DNA of 20,000 nucleotides from Perkinsus olseni (Eukaryota): NCBI GenBank assembly GCA_013115125.1, contig JABANN010000102.1, positions 52,278 to 72,277 of the forward strand, read 5' to 3'. Shown piece by piece: positions 1 to 9,263 of this stretch (position 1 is its first letter; each line of letters starts with the position of its first letter). The notes under the pieces were generated by a model. It saw only the letters and a program-made list of their open reading frames with translations, ran no database searches and was not told where the DNA came from. The position numbers and the translations under genes were made by a program.

Positions 1-9
1 CCTCTTCAG

Positions 10-2432
10 AATATGTACGAAAAAGCGAAAAAGAAGAAGGAAAAGAAGGGCAAAAAAGGCAAAGGTTCGACCGGTTGCGCTGAAAGCTCTCGGAGCATCT
101 GTGATGCAGGAAAAAAGGAGAAAAAAGGGAAAGTGAAGAAGTGGTGCGCAGCGGTTGGTATGGTAACGCACAGAGAAGATTGCCTACCGGAACTAGTCCA
201 AGATGTAAGGCATCGTCCACATTAAACTCTGCGATAATCATAAGCCTTCTCGCGACAGGGCGGGGTTCACTACGCCAGATGTCTCGATCGGAAAAACTTT
301 TAAACCCCGGAAATATGTTTGTTGCTTCGAAAAAAATCGAGGAAAAAATTGTTGGGAAGTTTCGGCCCGAAAAAAGTCGTCATGAGTGTTGGTTGTCACG
401 CTCCTTCACACTCTTCCTCGCCGCTTCTCTCCTGACCAGACGACAGTAAATCGTCCCCCTCCTCATACCAGTCGACCTCCATTGCCAATCAAAACCCTAT
501 TCCCCTGTTAGGGTCTGGTGAAGTGCGTCGCCCCAGCCCGTCTGAAGGACTACATCGGCGAGTTCGGTTACCTCGGGGCCGCCCGACGAGTCTGTCTGCC
601 AGCCTGTCCACCACCCAGCGCTCAGATGGTGGGAAACAGTGGGCAGCCATCACTGGTCATCATCATCTGGCAGGTGAAATCGTTGATAGTCGAGCATGTG
701 GCCCTCCCTCTGGCTTCAACCACCATCCGACAGCAGTGCAACTTAGCGGCGAGGTCAATACTATTGTAAGGATGCTTTCTACCGCACGCGGAAGAATCCT
801 GCGGTCGAGATACTGATCCATCCCCCTTACCAGAATTTCGCGGCGCGCGGTCAATTCCCCTACTGCCAGGTACGGCCCGAAAGGCTGTGGGAAGTCTCTG
901 CTTGCTCGAATTATTGCCACTGAGGCGGGTGCCACCTTCATCGACATATCACCGAAAAAGATCGAGGGGAAATACACCCAAGTCGGAGTGGCATCGCCCT
1001 CAGCGATGATTAAGTCTTCATCTGTCAGCCTAAGGTTGGCCCGGCGCTGCTGATCTACAAAGCCTTCCTCGTGGCCCAGGACAACGCTCCGGCTGTGATC
1101 TACTGTGACGAGATCCATCAAGTTGGTGGAAGCTGCTGGTGACTGGAGGCGGAGGGGTGTCTTGCAGGTGTTCCAAGCGGTGAAGAAAGGGAAGAAAAAA
1201 GGAAAGGGAGCGGCCTCGACGGCGGAGGGAGGCGGAGCTGATGAGGCCTCTCAGAGTGGGGAATCTTAGCTTGACTCTGGTTCTACTCGGATGAGGTCAG
1301 ATGAACCCCCGAGCCGTATCAAGAAAGATTTCATCGCAGCTATTAAGCAGATCAAGACCGGCCCCGACAGCACCGACCAAGATCGGATTGTGTTCATCGG
1401 GTGTAAGGCGAAAATACACGCCAGGAGTTGCCGAAATTATGGTACCAACAATACTTGATAAATCGCTAATATTGTTTGGATTCGTTACAGAATATTAGAT
1501 TTCTAATTATCGATCCGCGCTGGGCCGAATCGCTGTAGGTGAGCTACCGAAAATTCCTGTCTCTAAAACGTCCCGGAAGTCCACACGAGAAGCGCAACAT
1601 TACCAACTATCACTAGTAATATATCCGTAAAATTAACATAAAATTAGACGAAATAATTACTTCAATGATCATGGATGAACTTCTGATATTTCTAATACCT
1701 GATAACCATTAAATCACATGTCTATCATCTGGTATCGAACCAACTTTACCGTTGATCGATCATTGCCTGCGACTGGAGGTACCTCAAATCCCTTTGGAGA
1801 AAGTATTGACACGAAAGAACTGCTGGCGGCATTTGATGAGAAGGTCTGGATATCCACGCCCGACTTCGGTACAAGAATTATACTGTGGAGGAGTTTTATG
1901 GAAGAGAAGGGAGTGGGCAACGGAGGGCTGACGAAGGGAGCCTGCAGTGCTGCTCCTGGTGACAGGTACCGTCGCAAGTGACGACCAGTGGCAGTCTGAA
2001 CCTCCCCAGTTTGGCACATCTAAGTGAGGGGTACACCACAAGGTCCATCAAGCAGGCTGTGGATCGGGTAGGGAGGTCAGGCAGTGGAAAAACCGTGGAT
2101 TAAATCTCCTTAGGTTTTGTCGAATCGGCGCTTGTCGAGGTTAAAGCAGCGGCCACTGGTGAGTACTGATGGCGGTGTCGAGGGACATGGCCCTTCAGAC
2201 ACTTCATGAGTTTATTGAACCGCTTTCCCGGTGTCATTACTCCTGGAAAGAAGAATACAAAAAGTTTCAAGAATTTGATTATGAAGCTTCCGGCGACAAG
2301 GCGCGGAACCTGCAGATGCAGGAAGAGGTCGACTACAGTACTTCACAAAATAAAAGATACGATTCTCATTTTTAGACCAAGAAACTGGAGGCCTCTGCTG
2401 AAGCCGAAAAGGGTGATAAAAAGAAGAAATAA
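10..2432 (+). CDS. IQCA1: IQ and AAA domain protein (IQCA1/DRC11-like, nexin-dynein regulatory complex), 5' end outside the window
   Basis: Exons join in frame via GT-AG introns (e.g. 65-109, 205-511, 629-673, 766-869, 982-1028, 1122-1167, 1256-1300, 1403-1778). The product has a Lys-rich stretch, then [32 protein letters not shown] (Walker A, 871-897), APAVIYCDE (Walker B), IVFIGCTSNPF and PDFGTRIILW, ending KKKK* (TAA 2430-2432). The Lys-rich tract followed by a single AAA domain fits IQCA1. Confidence 0.85.
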
Positions 2433-2902
2433 TGAAGTCATGATCAGTGGCAATGCCTGTGATGACGTTGTTGGACTCGAATAGTATATTGGGTTGATGA
2501 GTGGTCATGGCAGACAGTAGGATACGCGGTTGACGGATAAACAGCATCTCTGGGATGTTTCCGAGTTTGAGTATAAATGCCCTCATCCGATGTGTGCATG
2601 AAACCCCCATCCATGAGCCGGGTAAAGGCTTTTAACACACTCACGAAAAGTTGATAAGATTCACATCAACATCAGTACGAAGATGAAAGAATGGAAAACT
2701 GGTGGTTTTGAGGTAACGTCGCTCGAAGAAAATGATACCGGGCAAAGGAAGCTTACAAAAGCGACATTACACGGGTACGTAGGGGTCTCCGCATGAGAGC
2801 ATCATCTCCAGGAGAGTAGCGCGACTCCCCTTTCCAGAGCCCAATGACGATGTAAGAACGAGGGACGCTGCTCGAACTGATAACACGACACTTAGTGAAC
2901 TG

Positions 2903-4342
2903 TTAAGAACCTTCTTTATACCGGATAATCAAATCTACAAGTTGCGATACATCGGTGAAACAGTCGGGGTCGAGTGCAGAGAGATGGTCAATGTCAAGCA
3001 GCAAAGATTCCGAGCCTGTGTCTTGATCTGGGGGGCCGAGCTAACAACAACAGAGTATGAAACGAAGGGTGAAAGAATACACTTACCGGCTTCAATGCTG
3101 CCGTTTTACGGGTGCGCATGAACTCAACGACCAAGGCCAATTCTCGAGGTGACAAGGAACTGTGAAGTCTCCACCCAAGGCGTATCTTGGCCGCGTGTCT
3201 GAGAAGACAGAGGTTTCAAGGGCGATACTATCGAACCAGTTTATTCAGTATACTGAATGGTCATGATCAGCAAAGGCGACCTTACAATCCATCGACGGCT
3301 GCCTTGTCCATCGGAGGGAGTACAGCAGGCGCCTCCGCCGCGAAGGGCTCGTCTTTGACATCAACTCGAGTGGACGGCGCCCACCTCGAGTTCTCAGCCG
3401 CCGTAAGACTCGACCGTCTGCTGCTTCTCGACTGCTTTCCTTCCGATAAGTGGCTCCTGATGATGATAAACACCGTGACTGGACATGAGGGGGATTTGGG
3501 GGTTCGTAGGCGTGTAAAATGAGAAGGGGAGGAATGTCGATATGAAAGGATGCTCGTCATGGGTCGTAACAGACGGCAGGAGACCGCCGAAGAGGGAGAT
3601 CGTTGGTGCGAAAGCAACTTCTACAATACTCTTACCAAGGGCTCGCGTGGAAAGGGCCGAGGACTGCAATAGGAGGTCTAGAATGATTTCTATATTTTCA
3701 CATATTTATATTCGCATTTTTTTGTTACTTCAAAAAATTTACGTACAACTTTTTATTGATATTATGACTTCAAGCGGTGGCGATGAGGTCCGGGATACCT
3801 AACGCAGTATGAAGATTCTCTTACGCTTTCCGTTTCTTTCTGGTGTGTCCCGCGACCGAAGATGCACACAAACTCTGACAGTAAGAACGCATCTTTGTAG
3901 CCATCTTGTATCTGGCATATGAAAGGTTAACCTGTAACAACCCAGCTTCGACCTAAGATACCACTGCCAACTCACATATAGGATCCCGGACGATTGAAGA
4001 GATGACAGTTATCCCAGATGAGATTGAGATCGTCCTCGAACTCGCCAAAGTCGGCATACGCGTCATCGCCATCTTCCTCGACTTTCGCGAGTACCGTACC
4101 TTCCCCAACTCGTGGCCAACGCATACCAAAATCAACTCACCCAGATCCATCGGCCTCTTAACAATAAGGGGGTAATCATGCAGCCCCGGCAAGTTCTTCC
4201 AATCGACGGGTTGTAGGAACTCCCCGGCGCAGTTGTGCTCTCGAGCCTTTTTCAGAATTCGTTTCGCTTCATCAGCGCTGAAGGGCGTGTCCGAATGTCG
4301 ATGGTGATGGTGACTTCGAGGGGAGGATGACGACGATGGCAT
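2903..4342 (-). CDS. Bromodomain + extra-terminal (ET/NET) domain protein, GTE/BET-like
   Basis: ATG at 4342. The spliced product has EFLQPVDWKNLPGLHDYPLIVKRPMDLGTV...FEDDLNLIWDNCHLFNRPGSYIYKMA (bromodomain with the conserved Asn). After a Ser-rich linker come KIRLGWRLHSSLSPRELALVVEFM...SESLLLDIDHL (ET-like) and a stop at 2903-2905. Linker exons at about 3450-3670 are not fully resolved. Confidence 0.85.
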
Positions 4343-4449
4343 CTTTCTGACACCTCTAGATCAACTCTTTCCCTCCATTATCGACTCAACATCAAGTAGT
4401 ATCCACGACGACAAAATATCTTAACAATCATGCGCGCACAGCGAAGATT

Positions 4450-7400
4450 TCATCTTCCGGACGCTGCAGAGGGGGGCGTGGACGGGTTTGTGAGGACCCT
4501 TATCACATGAGTAGGAGGGACTTGCAGTTCTTGATTGACCTCACTGCCAAGATACTTATCCAAGGCTCCTTTCAACTGCAAACAACGACAGCATATAAAA
4601 GATACCACCAACGACTGAGTCGTCACCTCATGATTTTCCCGTTCGATAATGATGCACTTTTGTACGGCTGCCGCTCGTCTGTTTAAAAGCTTATACTGCC
4701 TGTTAAGGCAACTCTCAACCGCGGCGTGAAGGCGCACGCTCATCGACGGCAAAGCATGCCCGATCCGCTCCCAAAACCTGTCAGGTAGAGAGAATCCAGC
4801 TGTCTCTCTGAAAGTTGTGAGGGTTCACTTTCGCTCTTCTTTTCGTCTCCGGGCTGCCTTTTCCGCGTCCGTTTTCTCTCCACCTTTGCGATTCTTTTTC
4901 TTCCTGAATCCGTAATACGCCATGATCGACCAAAGATACCACTGAAGTATCCCTACTTATCAGGAGCGACATCGGCCAGTCTAAGATTCTCTTTTTCCAC
5001 TATAAATTCTGTTATCAAACTGAGCACGTCGTCCGCTTCCACCAGCCACGTCTCGTCATCTTCATCTTGGCCTCGGAAAAATTGCGAGACCAGCAGATCC
5101 ACATCTCGCTGATCTTCGCACCCGGTGGCACGAAGTATCGCGTCAATCTGATGACACAAAGGGGCTGTTGCGTCTGAGAAATCCCCAGAAGCTCCCGAAG
5201 TCCAATTGGGAGCAACTCACGGTCATCCTCATCACGCCCACTCCGACGACATTGACAGCGGAGCGTGAGTAGATAATCACAGCCGGAACTCATCATCAAC
5301 GAAATTCAAATCTCGCTACTCCTGCAGGGGTTGAACCCCCTTCTGGCAAATACTATCACTACGTGTACCATCCAAGGGAGCTGAGAGCCGCTACTAGCGA
5401 CCCTGGTATTACCTCAACCACTGCCCTGTGTTCGGGTGGGAGGTCGCGGCATTGATCCTTCACGGAGATGTCCAACAGGAAGCCTGCCTCGTTCCTTATC
5501 CAGTCCATAACCGCTTTCACTTTGCTACCCTACAACAACATCAACAACCGCTCAACGACCAGAGACATGGCGCCCGGAGGAGATCTTCATACTCAAACGA
5601 CAGAAAAGCGCATCTTTACAAATTTCATCCTGGCATTAGTTAAGTTGTTTGGATACCACCAGCTTCAACCTACCGAGAATCTCCCTCCTGCTGATCCGGA
5701 AGTATGTCCACTCTCGCTGCTGACGATCGCCGTGGATGACTTCCCCGTAACCGTGCCGGCCTCGCTCATCACTTCTATTTCCTGCTGGATCTGGTCCAGG
5801 CTCGGCGCCGTCCACGCTAACCCGAGCAGCTGATGAAAAAACAACAAAATCTCCAGGATTTTTTCCGAAAACACCAACTTTCCTTCCGAAAATCCGCGTC
5901 TCACTACCGCCTCTAGCGCTCGCCCCACTGATCGATTTCCCTCAATACCTGTTCGTGTATGATTCTATCACCATCCAATACCTTCTCCACGAGACCTCGA
6001 ACCTCTGTCTCGTTATTGGCCCAGACATCGGAAATTTTTTTCTGATCTTGTTCTTCAAACCTCCTTGTTTTCTCCAGCACGTGTCGATACTGTTGCATCA
6101 GTCGGGCCAATTCTTCCGTTAAATTGCCGTTGTCCTTGCGTGAGGTGGTCTCCATCTTGACGAACCTAGCAGACGAATCGAAGCTTCCTCGTACCACACC
6201 TCCACCGAATCACTGAACGGTTGATTTTCAAAAAGACAATACTCTCCAAAGACGTATACAAACCGCGAGTGGAAATGTGTTTTTTCCAGATCTAGTCAGA
6301 TTACTTGCCCAAATTTTTGAGATTTTCCCAATTTTTCCCTTAATTTTACGTTCCTGCGATTTTTTCCCATCATCAGCATGATTTCAATCTCTAACATATT
6401 CACGTCCGGTGACCCGATAGCATCCCCGAGCGAGGGTATCTTAGGTTGATGATGGGAAGATTTACTTGTCTGAGATTCTCTGTTTAGCATCTCGCAACTT
6501 GCTCAGCTTGACCTTATAACTCGCTTCTATCGCGCTATGTTCTTTATTTCGCTCCGCTAAAACCTGAACAAAAGCGTTGAGGAAATGCAAGAGACAGCAA
6601 GATAGCAAGATGGTCTACCTGTAGATTGTAATCTAGTTTCTCCTTATTCAACTGGTAAGTGGCCATAGTCCGTTCCAAGTGCTGCTCCAACTCGTGTATG
6701 GACCCCTCTAGCGACATCTTTACTTTGTTAAATTCATCCAAGTCCTGAGGGAGTGCCACAAAGAGGAGATTGAACCGTTCCGAGAATAGCAGGAAATCTT
6801 ATCCATTCATCACAAAAAAGAAATAAAAACTAACGGAGAGTTTCCTACGTGGATAGTGAAACGGTTAGTAGACTTCAGCGGTAGCAGAAAATTATTTTTT
6901 TGAGAAAAAACGCAAAACAGCTGAAAAACGGGAAGTTCTCCACTGGGAAATGCAAAATCATTCGATCATCCCACCTGAATCATGTACGATGTAATAAGGA
7001 TACGAAAGAGGCTCGAGGTTGAACTAAATCTTTACGCAAATCACTTCTCCTGTGAAAACGTCGTGCACAGTTGAAAAAAGTTAAGAGAACACTTGCGGAA
7101 AATACACGATGGCCATGCAAAAATACAAAATCCTTCCACTGGGGTACCCCACGGACTACGAGAAATGTATGAAAAATACCGTAGCTGACCCGAAGTAAAT
7201 ATGCAGGAATTCTCCGATTCCTGCCAGCTCCGTACGACACACTGAACGCCGTCTAATAGCTGCTTTAGGGTAAATTTTCAGGAGTTGAAATTTTGCCAAA
7301 AAATTTTCTCAAATTCGGGAAAAAATTATTTATTTCAGCACCAAAAAATCCAATATTCTCACCCGATGGCACAAGTCTTCGTTTTTCTGGTGAAATTGCT

Positions 7401-9089
7401 TCTCCCGCTCCTGCCGCTGCTCAAGGAACTCACTCTCTTCCCTCTGACAACATCACCCAACCTACTTCGTATCTTTCAAGGTTCAACCTAAGATACTACC
7501 TGCCTCCGCTGCTCGAAAAGAGCATCTAGCTCCTTCTTTTGCTCAGCTAACAGGTCAGCTCGGTCCTTTTGAAGATACTCCTCAAAAAATTTCAACTGCC
7601 CTCTGTGAACCTCCCGCTGCCGTCGGACGTTTTCTGTTATCAACTTCGTCATTTTACGAACCTACTAGCGTCACTCGCCACGAAATTGATCATCGCATCG
7701 GGAAATTGTTCGATATCTAATCATCTTCACGTACTGCGCAAAGGATATCATAGTGAGGCATTTCGGCCCGAGCAGGGCATTGCATTTTATGCTACTTTCC
7801 CAGCATCAACCTCTTTTCAACTCTCCCTCGCTTTATCTATTACATCCTCTTCCGCCCTTTTCATAGCTTTCACAAACGTGAAATTTTTTTCCTCCAATTC
7901 CGCCAAAAATTCTCGAATTCGTCGGTCCTAAAAACAGAACGCGTTGAGCATAATTTCGTGGCGCGTGAGAAACTCACTTTAGAATCGATAATAGCTTGAC
8001 ATGATATCGTCTGCGTCTCCAACTCCTTTGCCAACTCCTAAGACAAAGGTCCCAGGTTCGATCCCCGGCGCCGACATCTAATATTATATCACCTGGGCTA
8101 TATTTATTCGTGCCAAATCGGACCACTTCATTTCAACTGCGGCATTTTTCCTATTGGACGTGATCGCTTCGATCTGTAGGGTTTCGTACCTGGAGACAGA
8201 AAAAGCGTACCAAATTAGTATCTATAAGACCGTTCTTCCCCCAATATTTATACTATCCGCCTTCATAATCAAACTCTGGCGCTTCTAGTGCGCGGGAAAA
8301 AATCAAAGGAAAACGAGAAAATAAAAGAAAGAAACCGCAAAAAAATCCAAATTTAGAAGAAAATTCAACCAACAGCAACGCTGGTCGCTCCGTCCGCTGC
8401 AGTTTGACGGTTCACCCCTTGGTGAAACAATCATCTACGCGTTCACTGATGGTCACGGGTTCGATTCCCCCCAAGGGCACTTATTACCTATCCAAGCGGG
8501 CATTCTCATCCTGTATCCTCCTACCATTCTCAGCATCATCAGCATCCACTTTTATGTTAGTAATTTCGTCGATCAAATCCGCATCCGATCGGGCAGCAAT
8601 TGCGATGGCCTTATCCATTACAAGTTGAAAGTAATATAACGCAAGGCGGATAGTAGATCGGGCGCGGTATTTTGCACGCGCCGCGAAATTACGCGCGCGC
8701 CCACGGTGAGCTGGCGTCGGGAGATTTCGAATACCCAAAATCCAAGGGGAAGGTGCCAAAGCCAAGGAGGCACTTTCGGGGATCTAGTTGCGCTCGGCAA
8801 TACTTTGGGTTTCTGGTGGGCCTGGGTAACAGTTCCGGGTTCGGGTTGCCCTGTCGGGTTTCGGGAGGGGTTTCTGGTTTCCCGTTCCTGCCTTCACCCA
8901 CAAATTGTGGGCCACAATTCCGGAACTTTTTCCGGAACTTTTTCTGTTGCCTTTGCCTCCCTGTCGAACGTGCTTCCTTGGATTTCGTACCTGTCCCGGA
9001 GATTTGGTACTTCACCTTTCGATGATTATCAAACTTGATGTTTTTTCTCGGCTTGGACACATCGTAGCTTCCGACCGGTCCTCAGGCAT
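4450..9089 (-). CDS. DRC1: Dynein regulatory complex subunit 1 (CCDC164-like), multi-exon coiled-coil protein
   Basis: Spliced exons give ITNIKVDADDAENGRR..., KWSDLARINIAQELAKELETQTISCQAIIDSKD, ATYQLNKEKLDYNLQVLAER, DRIIHEQLLGLAW and the C-terminal KYLGSEVNQELQVPPT, all characteristic of DRC1. The stop is at 4450-4452. The start at 9089 (MPEDRYEIQGSTFDREAK) needs a GC-AG intron at 8610-8950 and is less certain. An alternative ATG lies at about 8618. Confidence 0.9.
7952..7965. repeat. Dispersed motif B, AATTTCGYGGCGCG (reference copy)
   Basis: Other copies occur at 834-847(+), 7676-7687(-), 8677-8690(-), 12292-12305(+), 13740-13753(+) and 16043-16054(-). Confidence 0.8.
8047..8079 (+). repeat. 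tRNA 3'-half fragment (variable loop, T-arm/B-box, acceptor 3' strand) inside DRC1 intron 8038-8092
   Basis: The sequence is AGGTC-CCAGG-TTCGATC-CCCGG-CGCCGAC-A. It is 30/33 identical to the reverse complement of 15827-15859. There is no 5' half, because the upstream sequence is DRC1 exon. Confidence 0.7.
8415..8479 (+). pseudogene. Degenerate tRNA-like relic inside DRC1 intron 8190-8487
   Basis: CCCTTGG (8416-8422) pairs with CCAAGGG (8471-8477), and GGTCACGGG-TTCGATT-CCC forms a T-loop. The D/anticodon region is about 8 nt too short and does not fold canonically. Confidence 0.5.
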
Positions 9090-9263
9090 TCCCAATTGGG
9101 TATCTCGAGTATATCTCGCTTGCAATTTATCGGTTGCGCTGCTTTAGGGACGAAGTTAGTTTTTATGGTTGACGAAGCCGTGGCTGGTACAATCTGCCGT
9201 CACAAAAGGGTATCATTCAGTCTCCGAAAAGTTTTCGATGTTCTTTCAGGTTGATTGTTAATT
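9090..9263. promoter_or_regulatory. Short divergent intergenic region (candidate bidirectional promoter)
   Basis: 174 bp lie between the proposed DRC1 start (-) and the proposed start of the WD40-like gene (+). A pyrimidine-rich acceptor-like TTCTTTCAG lies at 9241-9249. The call depends on two tentative start codons. Confidence 0.35.

Noticed and set aside
663-1121. Long antisense or alternative-frame ORFs (also 9974-10462, 18075-18593, 18824-19339)
   Set aside because: They are shadows of spliced genes on the opposite strand, with no recognisable motifs.
1241-1300. Apparent AT-starting intron in the IQCA1-like gene
   Set aside because: A canonical in-phase GT donor at 1256 explains the junction.
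6436-7496. Inverted pair of motif A copies resembling transposon terminal inverted repeats
   Set aside because: The interval contains conserved DRC1 exons, with no transposase and no evident target-site duplication.
8038-8479. Functional tRNA genes
   Set aside because: One lacks a 5' half and the other lacks proper D and anticodon arms.
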